This document shows positions 1 through 10,436 of a stretch of DNA of 64,000 nt, piece after piece. The notes beneath the pieces were generated by a model. The model saw only the letters and a program-made list of their open reading frames with translations, was not told the DNA's origin and did no database searches. This stretch comes from Rhodospirillaceae bacterium (GTDB taxonomy: Bacteria > Pseudomonadota > Alphaproteobacteria > Bin65). The DNA lies in assembly GCA_026709535.1 (NCBI GenBank), contig JAPOST010000002.1, positions 7,783 to 71,782 on the forward strand, read 5' to 3'. Made by a program: the position numbers and the translations under genes. How positions within the stretch are numbered: position 1 is the first letter of the stretch; each line of letters opens with the position of its first letter.

Positions 1-692
1 AGATATCTGCGGTGACATGATCTGATTGGGGTAGGTGGTCGATTACCGTATCGCCTTGCAGTATCGTAGTTTTATGACATCGACGAACTATAGCGCAAAC
101 GACTCCGATGAATCTTGGCGGAAAACTATCAAAATTCCGGCGTGGGTTTCAAGAGACGTTACCGGCACTCTGGGAAGAGTCCGGTCTCCTGTTTGGAATA
201 AGCCGTTTTTGTTCCGGCACCCGATCTTCTCGACGCCTGGGACTTTGGGAGCGCGGTTCCTTCTTGCCCAGACAACATGGGATATTCCGACGACGCCGCA
301 TTTGATCGACAGGTTCCGGGTGGACCCGAGTTGTGCAACTAGGTCGAGTTGGAGATATTCTTGGCAAGGCGGAGTCATGAGCAGAAGTTTGCCATCGCGC
401 CTCTGCATGAGACGCTGGCAATCGATCTGCTTGGCACAAAGTGCTCATTCGGTCAGACATCACGACACACAGCCAACTATGGAGAACCCTTGTCTGTTTG
501 GCGGAGGCCGCCAAAACACAGGCGGCACGGACAGTAACGCTCCCTTCCTGTAAAGTAGCGATACTATAAGAGGCTGGGCATCCTGTAGGTGTTCGACGGT
601 AGAATCGAGCCTGAATGGTCAGACCCGTATCTTGGCGCGCAGGCGGTGCGATCTTGAAGAGAGGATGAAGAAGTCAGGCACCGTCCGAGGTG

Positions 693-1871
693 TCAATGGC
701 TCAACTCCTTGATTGCCGCGTCCAGCCCGCCCAGTGTCAATTCGAACATCCGGTTCTCGAACAGGTCACTAATCATCCCGATGGAAGGCGTATATTGCCA
801 GTGTCGTTTGGGGACCGGGTTCAACCAAGCGCAATGGGTGTAGGTGTCATTGACGCGCCGCAACCAGGCTTCGCCCGCTTCCTCATTCCAAAACTCGACC
901 GAGCCTCCTGGCATGGCGATTTCATAGGGACTCATGGAGGCGTCGCCGACAAAGATTACCTTGTAGTCGCAGCCGTAGGTGTGCAACACGTTCCAAGTCG
1001 GCATCGGATCGGTGTTCCGGCGCCTGTTGTCTTCCCAAACGTATTCGTACAGGCAGTTGTGAAAGTAATAGTACTGCAGGTGCCTGAATTCGGTCTTGCA
1101 GGCTGAGAACAGTTCTTCACAAATCTTGACGTGCGGGCTCATGGAGCCGCCGATGTCGAAGAAGATCAGCACCTTGACTGCGTTATGGCGCTCCGGCACC
1201 ATTTTGATGTCCAGCCAGCCCTGCCGGGCCGTAGAACGGATGGTATCCGGCAAGTCCAGTTCTTCTATGGCGCCTTCGCGCGCAAAACGCCGGAGTTTGC
1301 GCAAAGCGACCTTGATATTGCGGGTGCCGAGTTCGACGCTGTCGTCCAGGTTCTTGAATTCGCGCTTGTCCCAAACCTTCACGGCGGAAAAATTGCGGGT
1401 GCCGTCTTGGCCAATCCGTACGCCTTCGGGATTGTAACCATAGGCCCCGTAAGGGCTCTTTCCCGCCGTACCGATCCACTTGTTGCCGCCTTGATGTCGC
1501 TCCTGTTGTTCCTCCAGGCGCTTCTTCAACTCCTCCATGAGCTTTTCCCAACCAAACATGGCTTCGATATCGGCTTTTTCTTCCTCCGTCAGGTGGAGTT
1601 CCGCCATCTTGCGCAACCAGTCTTCAGGGATATTGTCAGGCTGAAACAGTTCGGACAGAAGCTCCAGACCCTTGAAGACATGACCAAAGACCCGGTCGAA
1701 CTTGTCGAGGTTGCGCTCGTCCTTCACCAACGCTGAGCGAGACAGGTAGTAGAAGTCATCGACCTTGTATTCCGCAAGTCCCTGCTTTACTGCCTCCAGC
1801 AGCAAGAGGTATTCCTTAATGCTAACTGGCAGGTTGGCTTTGCGGAGTTCAAGAAAGAAATGGGTGAACAT
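693..1871 (-). CDS. VWA domain protein, CoxE-like (partner of MoxR-type ATPase)
   Basis: 392-aa ORF. N-terminus MFTHFFLELRKANLPVS... is typical of the CoxE/VWA family. MIDAS-like FFDIGGSMS is present. It lies directly downstream of the AAA+ gene. Confidence 0.8.
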   Translation of the reverse strand: MFTHFFLELRKANLPVSIKEYLLLLEAVKQGLAEYKVDDFYYLSRSALVKDERNLDKFDRVFGHVFKGLELLSELFQPDNIPEDWLRKMAELHLTEEEKADIEAMFGWEKLMEELKKRLEEQQERHQGGNKWIGTAGKSPYGAYGYNPEGVRIGQDGTRNFSAVKVWDKREFKNLDDSVELGTRNIKVALRKLRRFAREGAIEELDLPDTIRSTARQGWLDIKMVPERHNAVKVLIFFDIGGSMSPHVKICEELFSACKTEFRHLQYYYFHNCLYEYVWEDNRRRNTDPMPTWNVLHTYGCDYKVIFVGDASMSPYEIAMPGGSVEFWNEEAGEAWLRRVNDTYTHCAWLNPVPKRHWQYTPSIGMISDLFENRMFELTLGGLDAAIKELSH

Positions 1872-2020
1872 TTCCTACCTTACTTTTACTGTCAACTCCG
1901 CCGCAGAGACGAAAACGCGCCATGACGCGATTTCCATCATTCGGCTTCCGTGGCAGTAGGATCATATGATCACGGGCTGCTTTACGCCCCACGACTCAGG
2001 ATCGCGGTCCATCATGACTG

Positions 2021-2878
2021 TCAATTCTGGCCGCGGCGCGCCATGAAGATCAGGCGCTCGAATTGGTGGACATCCTGCTCGTTCTTGACCAATGCACCGT
2101 AAAGCGGTGGCAGGATCGTTTTCATGTCGTCAGATTTCAGCGCTTCCGGCGAGATGTCTTCGACCACCAACAACTTGATCCAGTCCAGCAGTTCCGAGGT
2201 ACTCGGCTTCTTCTTCATGCCTGGTATCTCGCGGATATCGTAGAAGGCCCTCAGCGCCGCTCTCAGCAAATTCTTCTTCAGTTGCGGATGATGGACATCG
2301 ACGATCCGTTCCATCGTCTCGTTGTCGGGGAAGCGGATATAATGGAAAAAACAGCGGCGCAGGAAGGCATCCGGCAACTCCTTTTCGTTGTTCGACGTGA
2401 TGATCACGATCGGGCGGTGCTTGGCCTGTATTGTCTCCTGCGTCTCGTACACGTGAAATTCCATCCGATCGAGTTCGAGCAACAAGTCGTTCGGGAATTC
2501 GATATCCGCCTTGTCGATCTCGTCAATCAGCAGGACCGGCGCCGTGTCGGCCTCAAATGCTTCCCAGAGTTTGCCTTTCTTGATGTAGTTACGGATATCG
2601 TGCACCCGCTGTTCGCCAAGTTGCGAATCCCGCAGACGGTCGACAGCGTCGTACTCGTACAGACCCTGCTGCGCTTTGGTCGTGGATTTAATGTGCCATT
2701 CGATCAGTTTCTTGTCGAGTGATCGGGCCACCTCATGTGCGAGAACCGTCTTTCCAGTTCCAGGTTCGCCCTTAATCAGCAGCGGGCGCTGCAGGGTGAC
2801 GGAAGCATTTACCGCCACCATCAGGTCTTCGGTAGCGACATAGCTGTCGGTGCCGGTAAAACGGGTCTGCTCATTCAT
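2021..2878 (-). CDS. MoxR-class AAA+ ATPase (CoxD-like)
   Basis: 285 aa. Walker A GEPGTGKT, Walker B VLLIDEIDKA, and the single AAA module size typical of MoxR. Confidence 0.85.
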   Translation of the reverse strand: MNEQTRFTGTDSYVATEDLMVAVNASVTLQRPLLIKGEPGTGKTVLAHEVARSLDKKLIEWHIKSTTKAQQGLYEYDAVDRLRDSQLGEQRVHDIRNYIKKGKLWEAFEADTAPVLLIDEIDKADIEFPNDLLLELDRMEFHVYETQETIQAKHRPIVIITSNNEKELPDAFLRRCFFHYIRFPDNETMERIVDVHHPQLKKNLLRAALRAFYDIREIPGMKKKPSTSELLDWIKLLVVEDISPEALKSDDMKTILPPLYGALVKNEQDVHQFERLIFMARRGQN

Positions 2879-2975
2879 GGACGGCCTGTGGCTGGAACTC
2901 GACGCGCGTTGAAAGGCGCTTGACGATATGTCTCCGGACTCTAGGCCGCAGCCGGGCCCTGATCAAGGTGATGGG

Positions 2976-3899
2976 TCATTGGGCCGCCCGTCGCGCATCA
3001 GACGCAGTCGTCCAGAAGACGGCGAGAAAAATGATCGTGGCGCCGACCCACATCCAAAGATCGGGTTGCTGCGCAAAGAAAATCAGGCCTACTGCCGCAA
3101 CCCACGGCAGACGAACAAAATCCCAGACCGCGGTCGCCGAGGCGTTGCCGAGTCGCAGCGCCCGCGTGATGAAGTACATATTGAGTGATGCCGCTATGCC
3201 CAGGACAACGAACCAAGCGAACTGAATTGACGTTGGCCACTGCCAGAAGACCAAGGCTGGCACGAAGGATATCGGCGTCATATAAGCCGCCAGCCAAAAG
3301 CCGATTGCTTCCGGCGTCATCCGTTGGGTCAGGGTTTTCGAGACCACAACGACCCCAGCGAATGTCGCTGCCGACAACAACGGCCACAGCGCATGAATGC
3401 TGAACACTGCGCCGCCGGGGCGTAATATCACGGCCACCCCGAGCAGACCGATGGTTATGGCTACCACCTGTTGGGTACTGACGCGTTCAGCCAGAAAGAC
3501 AGCCGCAAGGATAATCGTGAACAGAGGCGTCGTGAAGGTCAGCGCGGTAGCCTCGGCAAGCGGCAGAAGGACGGAGGCGAAGAAGATTGATGTCGACGAC
3601 ACGACCATCAGCGTTGCCCGGAACAGTAAGCGACCGTGGTGAATTGTGCGGACGGCAGGCAGGCCAGTACGGAACAACCAAGGCAGAAACACAGTCACGG
3701 AAAAAATGTTTCGCCAAAAGGATATGACGAAGATGTCGATCCCATGGGTCTCGCTCAAATGGCGAACGATGCCCACAAGCGCGGCGAAACAGATGAAGGA
3801 CAGGTTGAGCCAAATGGCGAAACGGAATCTGGGAGAAACGGACATCGACCGCACGAATGTTGAATGGCCCTGCCTAACAGGCGCCTGGTAATCCGCCAA
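2976..3899 (-). CDS. DMT superfamily (EamA-like) transporter
   Basis: 307-aa polytopic hydrophobic ORF (~10 TM) with a two-EamA-repeat look. The first codon is TTG; an ATG at 3845 is an alternative start. Confidence 0.75.
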   Translation of the reverse strand: MADYQAPVRQGHSTFVRSMSVSPRFRFAIWLNLSFICFAALVGIVRHLSETHGIDIFVISFWRNIFSVTVFLPWLFRTGLPAVRTIHHGRLLFRATLMVVSSTSIFFASVLLPLAEATALTFTTPLFTIILAAVFLAERVSTQQVVAITIGLLGVAVILRPGGAVFSIHALWPLLSAATFAGVVVVSKTLTQRMTPEAIGFWLAAYMTPISFVPALVFWQWPTSIQFAWFVVLGIAASLNMYFITRALRLGNASATAVWDFVRLPWVAAVGLIFFAQQPDLWMWVGATIIFLAVFWTTASDARRAAQ

Positions 3900-4391
3900 A
3901 GGTTAATGATTCATACCCGCCTCCCGCTCCTGCGCTCCGTAGACCGGAGTTTGCGGTGAGACAGGCGCAACCGCAACGCTGGCCGACCGACACCTGCAGG
4001 TTGAAAGGCATCCGAATGCGGGTGGCAAGCCCGACTGGCACGGCGACAGAGACGCCGACGATGACCCAGATTCGCGAAATAGCACTCGTATCCGGAACCG
4101 CGGCGAACAATGCGTAAATCACGATCCTGATTGCCAAACCGACCTAACGGACCATAACGGCAGAAAATTCATCGCGTTGTTGGTATCTCGGCAACCCGAT
4201 GAAAAAAACCGGTCATTTGACATCAAGCAATGTCTTGACTCCCCGGACCAGACAGCAACCCTGAAGACCATGATTTGCCGGTTGAAGAGCGTACACATAT
4301 TTGAGTCTGCCGTGATGGAATAAAGTCACAGTCTGGTTTGAGCGTACCTTATTGTAAAGACGCTCACGCCGCGGAGTAAGCGCCTAGACGG

Positions 4392-7300
4392 CTAGATGGC
4401 AGTCAGTTCAGCCAAGGTGCGCAGGATTGACTTGACGCCGCGAATGCGAGCCGTAACATCTGCCCAGTGCTGCTTGAAGACCAGCTTCTGATCCGGCCGA
4501 AGGGCTACCTTGCCCTGCTCGGCAGCGATGAAGGCAATCAGAGCATCGGCGTTAGGAAACCTATCTTCGTGAAAGGACAAAACCACGCCTTTCGGACCGG
4601 CATTGACTTTCGCGACATTCGCTCCGTAGCACGCCTGTTTGATGGCAACGATCTCTATCAGGTTTTTGACTTCAGCCGGCATCTTGCCGAAACGATCCAC
4701 CAGTTCGACGGCGAAGCTGTCCAGATCTGCCGACTCCATGATGCTTGATATCCGACGGTACAGTCCCAGACGGGCGGCGAGGTCGGGGACATAATTTTCG
4801 GGAATCAGGACCGAGGCCCCAACATTGATATGCGGGGACCAGTTCTTCCGCTCCCTATCATCATCGCCGCCCGCATCCCTGGCGGTGGCCACGGCCTCAT
4901 CAAGCATCTGCTGATAGAGTTCAACGCCGACTTCCCGGACATGGCCAGACTGTTCCTCCCCCAGCAAATTGCCGGCGCCGCGGATGTCCATATCGTGGCT
5001 GGCGAGCGAAAAGCCAGATCCCAAGGTGTCCAGGGTTTGCATGACCTCCAGTCGCTTGAGGGCCGTCGTCGTGATCCTCTGGTCTTCCGGCAGCGTAAGA
5101 TAGGCATACGCCCTGGTTTTCGACCTGCCTACTCGACCGCGTAGCTGGTAGAGTTGCGCCAGTCCGAACAGGTCAGACCGGTGCAGGATGATCGTGTTGA
5201 CGGTCGGGATATCCAAACCTGATTCGATAATATTGGTAGCCAGCAGAATGCGTACCTCGCCGTCATAGAAAGAGTCCATCATCCGTTCCAGTTCTGCTGG
5301 TGGCATCTGGCCGTGCGCCACCGCATAACGCACGCCCGGTGCCAGACGCTCAACCCGATCAGCCAAATGTTCAAGGTCACGGACCCGCGGGCAGACCCAG
5401 AAGACCTGTCCGCCGCGCAATAATTCTCGCTGTATTGCCTCGCCGATGATGACCGGATCATAGGGAAGGACAAAGGTACGGATTGCCAACCGATCGACCG
5501 GCGGGGTGGCAATCAGACTCAGGTCACGCAAGCCGGACAACGCCAATTGCAGGGTTCGTGGAATTGGCGTCGCCGTAAGGGTCAGGACATGCACATCGGC
5601 GCGCAATTCCTTCAGGCGTTCCTTATGGCTAACGCCGAAGTGCTGCTCTTCGTCGACGATCACCAGCCCAAGCGACCAAAATCGAATCGACTTCCCGAGC
5701 AGAGCGTGGGTGCCGATAACGATATCCAGTGTTCCCTCTTCAATCTCCTTGCGGGTGCGTGTGGCGTCCTTCGACGATACAAGCCGGGATAACTGAGCAA
5801 TCCGCACCGGAAAGTCGCTGAATCGCTCGGTGAATGTCCTGAAATGCTGACGCGCCAAGAGCGTTGTCGGGACAATCAACGCTACCTGTTTCCCGGCCAT
5901 CACTGCGGCGAAGGCCGCCCGAAGTGCCACCTCCGTCTTACCGAATCCGACATCGCCGCAGATTAGCCGATCCATCGGGCGGCCGGAAGACAAGTCATCC
6001 AATGTCTCGCCGATCGCGCGCAGTTGATCGTCGGTTTCCGTAAAAGGAAACCGGGCGGCAAACTCGTTTGATCCATCAGCAACGGAGATGACTGGAGCCC
6101 TGCGCAGTTCGCGCTGGGCGGCAATGGCAATCAAATGACCGGTCATCGCCGTAATTCGGTCCTTGACCTTGGCTTTCCGGGCCTGCCAGGCCGCTCCGCC
6201 CAGCCTGTCGAGGGTAGTGGTCTCGCTGTCACTGCCGAATCGCGAGAGAACTTCCATGTTTTCAGCGGGCACAAACAGGGTGTCGCCGCCTTCGTAGGTG
6301 ACACGCAAGCAGTCATGGCCGGCGCCGCCTGCAAGGACCGTTTCCAGGCCTTCGTACCTGCCAATACCATGTTCGCGATGAACAACAAGATCGCCTTGGG
6401 TCAAGGTCGACAGTTCGGTCAGTAATGCATCCGCCTTTCGGTCTCGCCGCGCCCGCTGCCCCAGCCGCTCCCCGAACATGTCCTGTTCGGTCACCATGAC
6501 CAAGTCATCGGCTTCAAACCCGCGATCAAGTTCCGTTACAGTCAGAAACAGGCCGCCAGCAGCGTCAGACCAATGATTGATTTTGTGGAGCACGAGCCCG
6601 CAAGCTTCTTTCAGCAGATGGGCAAGACGATCGCCCGAACCTTCGCTGTTGGCGGATACAATTACCGTCCGCCCGGTATTGGCTTTGGCCTCGAGATGAT
6701 TACAAATCACTTCGGCAAGCGGTCGGTTTGCCGCCGCGCGGGCATCCGCAAAATCTCGCCCTGCCTTGCCCGATATTGACGCGATCGCCGCACCATCAGC
6801 CCCCGCGAAGGGCGACAAGGTTCGCGCGCCGCAAGAACTGGTCAGCGTGCTCCACTCGTCATGATCCAGAAACAGGCGCTCGACAGGAACTGGCGGATAG
6901 ACGAAGATGCCGCTTTCGCGTGATGCTTCCCGCATTATGCTGTCCCGCGACTGGAAATAATCCGCCACCATGTCGAGCCGGACGCCTACCGCGTCATCGG
7001 CTTGAAAATCCATTGTTACAGATGCTGCGGGCAGATAGTCGAACAAGGTCGACATACGATCAAAGAACAGAGGGAGCCAGTGTTCCATGCCCGGGAAAAG
7101 CTGGCCAGCAGAGATCGCCTCGTACAACGAATATCGCGTCGGGTCGCCGGGAAAGGTTGCGCGGAAATTCTCGCGAAACCGAGTTATTCGCTCGTCCGTC
7201 AGCACCAGTTCGGAAACGGGTCGCAGGACGATTCGTTCAGCAGTCTTTATCGTGCGCTGGTTGATGGGATCGAAATAACGGATGTCCTCCAGTTCGTCCC

Positions 7301-7871
7301 CAAAGAAATCAAGCCGGACGGCATGGTCGAGACCAGGCGGATGGACATCGAGTAACCCGCCGCGCAGGGTATATTCTCCCGGCTCCCGCACGGTGCCGAC
7401 CCGGCGATAGCCTTGGCGGCGCAAGTACCGCAACAGCGCATCCATTGGCGTGCGCTTTCCTTTCTGGAGTACAATCAAAGATTTCTGAAAGGCTTGCAGC
7501 GGCGGCACTCGCTGCAATGCAGCGCTGACGGTTGTGATGATCAGACGGGACTTGCTGCCGCCGCGGTTCGATAGCCGCGCCAGCGTGGCCGCGCGGGTCG
7601 CCAGAATGTCAGCATTGGGCGAGGTTCGGTCGTATGGCAGGCAATCCCAGGCGGGGAATTCCAGCACAGAGGTTTTCGGATCGAAGAAGCGCACCAGAGA
7701 TACGATCTGGCTGAGCCGACGATCATCGGCAGCGATATGAATCAGGTCGCCTTCCGCCGCCATGCCAGCCAGCAGGCGCGCGTCGACTCCCGCCGGCACA
7801 CCGTGGAGGATGGTTGGCGATCCGACAGGGACGGATAACCGGCTTTCAGCGTCAGGCATGACGCTGGTCAT
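4392..7871 (-). CDS. mfd: transcription-repair coupling factor Mfd
   Basis: ~1160 aa. Helicase motifs GDVGFGKTEVA and VIVDEEQHFGV, plus UvrB-homology N-terminus and TRG region. The start is ambiguous (TTG 7880, ATG 7871, ATG 7859); it overlaps the sdhE stop. Confidence 0.95.
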   Translation of the reverse strand: MTSVMPDAESRLSVPVGSPTILHGVPAGVDARLLAGMAAEGDLIHIAADDRRLSQIVSLVRFFDPKTSVLEFPAWDCLPYDRTSPNADILATRAATLARLSNRGGSKSRLIITTVSAALQRVPPLQAFQKSLIVLQKGKRTPMDALLRYLRRQGYRRVGTVREPGEYTLRGGLLDVHPPGLDHAVRLDFFGDELEDIRYFDPINQRTIKTAERIVLRPVSELVLTDERITRFRENFRATFPGDPTRYSLYEAISAGQLFPGMEHWLPLFFDRMSTLFDYLPAASVTMDFQADDAVGVRLDMVADYFQSRDSIMREASRESGIFVYPPVPVERLFLDHDEWSTLTSSCGARTLSPFAGADGAAIASISGKAGRDFADARAAANRPLAEVICNHLEAKANTGRTVIVSANSEGSGDRLAHLLKEACGLVLHKINHWSDAAGGLFLTVTELDRGFEADDLVMVTEQDMFGERLGQRARRDRKADALLTELSTLTQGDLVVHREHGIGRYEGLETVLAGGAGHDCLRVTYEGGDTLFVPAENMEVLSRFGSDSETTTLDRLGGAAWQARKAKVKDRITAMTGHLIAIAAQRELRRAPVISVADGSNEFAARFPFTETDDQLRAIGETLDDLSSGRPMDRLICGDVGFGKTEVALRAAFAAVMAGKQVALIVPTTLLARQHFRTFTERFSDFPVRIAQLSRLVSSKDATRTRKEIEEGTLDIVIGTHALLGKSIRFWSLGLVIVDEEQHFGVSHKERLKELRADVHVLTLTATPIPRTLQLALSGLRDLSLIATPPVDRLAIRTFVLPYDPVIIGEAIQRELLRGGQVFWVCPRVRDLEHLADRVERLAPGVRYAVAHGQMPPAELERMMDSFYDGEVRILLATNIIESGLDIPTVNTIILHRSDLFGLAQLYQLRGRVGRSKTRAYAYLTLPEDQRITTTALKRLEVMQTLDTLGSGFSLASHDMDIRGAGNLLGEEQSGHVREVGVELYQQMLDEAVATARDAGGDDDRERKNWSPHINVGASVLIPENYVPDLAARLGLYRRISSIMESADLDSFAVELVDRFGKMPAEVKNLIEIVAIKQACYGANVAKVNAGPKGVVLSFHEDRFPNADALIAFIAAEQGKVALRPDQKLVFKQHWADVTARIRGVKSILRTLAELTAI

Positions 7872-8148
7872 GAAAAGCAATGATCTTTACGAGTACAGGC
7901 GTATCGTATTCGATATCTGGCGCAGCACGCCCGATGATCCAATCGTAAACATCCGGATCCGGTGCCAGTAACAACTTGTCGAACTGATCGAGTTCGACCT
8001 CATCGAAGTCGGCAATGAGGGCATCCGCGAACGGCCCGAACAACAAGTCCAGTTCCTTGGTGCCCCGATGCCATGATCGATAGGTCAAACGCCGTCGCCA
8101 GCAGTCGATATCAGAAGGATTTTGAGTCATGGTTTCGCAATAATTCAA
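7852..8148 (-). CDS. sdhE: succinate dehydrogenase flavinylation factor SdhE (DUF339/SdhAF2)
   Basis: 98 aa with the RGTKELDLL (RGxxE) motif. It sits immediately upstream of mfd, as in many alphaproteobacteria. Confidence 0.85.
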   Translation of the reverse strand: MNYCETMTQNPSDIDCWRRRLTYRSWHRGTKELDLLFGPFADALIADFDEVELDQFDKLLLAPDPDVYDWIIGRAAPDIEYDTPVLVKIIAFHDQRHA

Positions 8149-8923
8149 GCGTTAAAAGCTTGAGGCGAGCCCGTCCGTGATTGGTTACAGGTAACTGACA
8201 GATCGGCGCGCATGGTAGGCAATCGCCCACAACATGTATGCCATTTGGCTTCGAGAAGGTTGGGCGCGCGGCAATATTCGACATCTGGGCCTTATGAAGC
8301 AAACACCAGATGATCGGAGCAGATTGCCGTCGCCCTGTTGATGGGTCCCGCCGACGCGGCCATCGCGCAAACAGAAGAACTGTCGATAGAGAGCAACGCG
8401 AGGGTGCAGTTGAAGACGGACACACCGACGGTCGGATTCGGCGACAAGGCTGAGCAAGGAATACATGCGAACTTCATTTCTGGTACATCATTGCCAAATC
8501 CAGCGGACACAAACAGGCCGGCAGCAGGAACTATGCCGAAAATCTAGACATCGGCCAGTCCACATCTTGCGCGCCCATACCTTGGCGATGAAATTCGAGG
8601 CGTCAAACAACAAGAACTGCGAACAATAGCAGGATCAACTGCACATCACCGATATGATGAAGCCAATGCAATGCTTCCCGGATAACGCTGACCTGCGGAG
8701 TTGCTTGTTCGGAAGCGATGGCCGGTGTTCCACACTTGGAGAGCAATAACGCAGTCTTGCTTTTCCTGATCTTGATGAGCGGCGCCCCGTTGCCATTGCA
8801 AGGGTTTCAATCCGGCCAGCCTCCTATGTTGCAGCCGCTACGCTCCCTTATCGCGTCGTCGTGGTCCGCTTGATGGTCACACAAAACACAAACCGGCTGT
8901 GCCTGCTTGCTGAAATGCCCAGA

Positions 8924-10324
8924 CTAAAAGTGGATAACCCGTCCGTATGCGTCCAAAACGGCTTCGTGCATCATCTCGCTGAGAGTTGGATGTGGGAAGA
9001 CCGTATGCATCAGTTCCGCTTCGGTCGTCTCCAAGGTCCTGGCAATGCCGTAGCCCTGAATCAGTTCGGTAACCTCCGAACCGACCATATGGGCACCCAA
9101 TAATTCACCGGTCTTCGCGTCAAAGACGGTTTTCACCAAACCCTGATCGTCGCCCAACGCGATTGCCTTGCCGTTGCCAGCGAAAGGAAAACGACCAATC
9201 CTGACCTTGTGGCCGGCTTCTTTGGCCGCCGCCTCAGTCAATCCGATGCTGGCGATCTGGGGACGGCAATAGGTGCAGCCGGGAATACGGCTGACATCCA
9301 GTGCGTGGACCCCTTCAACGCCGGCGATCTTCTCGACACAAATGATGCCTTCATGGCTGGCCTTGTGCGCCAGCCATGGCGGACCCGCCACATCGCCAAT
9401 GGCGTAGACACCCGGTTCACCGGTCTCGCACCACTGGTTGATGACGATATGCCCGCGATCCGTCTGAACCCTGGTATTTTCGAGACCGATCTCTTCAATG
9501 TTACCAGTAATGCCAATGGCAAGAATTGCCTTTTCGGCCCTGATATCTTGCCTGCCCTTGTTGCTCTCGACAGTCGCCATGATGTCATCCTTCCTCTTCC
9601 GGACACCGGTAACCTTGGCGCCTGTGAGTAGATTCATCCCCTGTTTCTCGAAGGCCTGGTGGGCAAAAGCAGAGATCTCCGCATCTTCGACCGGCAGGAT
9701 ACGATCGAACATCTCGACGACCGTCACATCGGCTCCAAGAGTACGGTAGAAACTGGCAAATTCGATACCAATTGCACCACTGCCGATCACGAGCAGGGAT
9801 TTCGGGAAGACCGACGGTACCATCGCTTCCTTATAAGTCCAGACAAGGATGCCGTCTGGCTCGACATCTGGCAGAGTCCGAGCTCGGGCACCGGTTGCCA
9901 GAATAATGGACTTGCCTGTCAGCAGTGCCACGTCCTTGCCATCGACCATCACTGCAAGCCGACTGTTTCCGGCCAGCTTGCCGCTGCCCTCAAAAACCGT
10001 GACCTTGTTCTTTTTCATCAGGTGCTTGACACCAACGTTCAATCGGCTGGCGATCTGGCGTGAGCGTCTTACGATTTTTTCGATATTGTAGTTTATGTTG
10101 TCCGCAGACAAACCAAAATTGTCCGCATGCTGCATGAGGTGATAGACCTCAGATGTGCGCAGGAGTGCCTTGGTTGGGATACAGCCCCAGTTCAAGCATA
10201 TCCCGCCCAAATGCTCCCGCTCTATCAGAGCCGTTTTCATGCCGAGCTGCGAAGCGCGAATTGCTGCAACATAGCCGCCCGGCCCGCCGCCCACGACAAT
10301 GAGATCAAAGGACATGTCGGCCAT
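8924..10324 (-). CDS. lpdA: dihydrolipoyl dehydrogenase (E3)
   Basis: 466 aa. FAD motif GGGPGGYVAAIRA, redox disulfide GGICLNWGCIPTK, and a C-terminal HPT..E dimerisation motif. Confidence 0.95.
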   Translation of the reverse strand: MADMSFDLIVVGGGPGGYVAAIRASQLGMKTALIEREHLGGICLNWGCIPTKALLRTSEVYHLMQHADNFGLSADNINYNIEKIVRRSRQIASRLNVGVKHLMKKNKVTVFEGSGKLAGNSRLAVMVDGKDVALLTGKSIILATGARARTLPDVEPDGILVWTYKEAMVPSVFPKSLLVIGSGAIGIEFASFYRTLGADVTVVEMFDRILPVEDAEISAFAHQAFEKQGMNLLTGAKVTGVRKRKDDIMATVESNKGRQDIRAEKAILAIGITGNIEEIGLENTRVQTDRGHIVINQWCETGEPGVYAIGDVAGPPWLAHKASHEGIICVEKIAGVEGVHALDVSRIPGCTYCRPQIASIGLTEAAAKEAGHKVRIGRFPFAGNGKAIALGDDQGLVKTVFDAKTGELLGAHMVGSEVTELIQGYGIARTLETTEAELMHTVFPHPTLSEMMHEAVLDAYGRVIHF

Positions 10325-10436
10325 GTTGCTTTCTTTCCTTTGTCACGTTTTCGCCGTCATTCCCGATCTGATTCGACATTCAGCCGCGCCAAAGACCCTG
10401 TATCCGGGCCTTCTTCACCTGATGATGTGACGCATG

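Noticed and set aside
497-515. The perfect palindrome TTTGGCGG-AGG-CCGCCAAA was considered as a Rho-independent terminator.
   Set aside because: No U-tract follows it on either strand, and it is ~180 nt from the nearest gene end. I kept it only as a note under the unassigned-region finding.
3874-4137. An 87-aa hydrophobic minus-strand ORF lies upstream of the EamA transporter.
   Set aside because: It has a TTG start with no SD, its C-terminal half is Gly/Cys/Ala low-complexity, and it overlaps the transporter's longest start. It could be real only if the transporter starts at ATG 3845, which is not demonstrable here.
4328-4353. The hairpin GAGCGT..ACGCTC just downstream of the mfd stop was considered as a terminator.
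   Set aside because: It has only a 6-bp stem with a 14-nt loop, and no U-tract on the minus strand.
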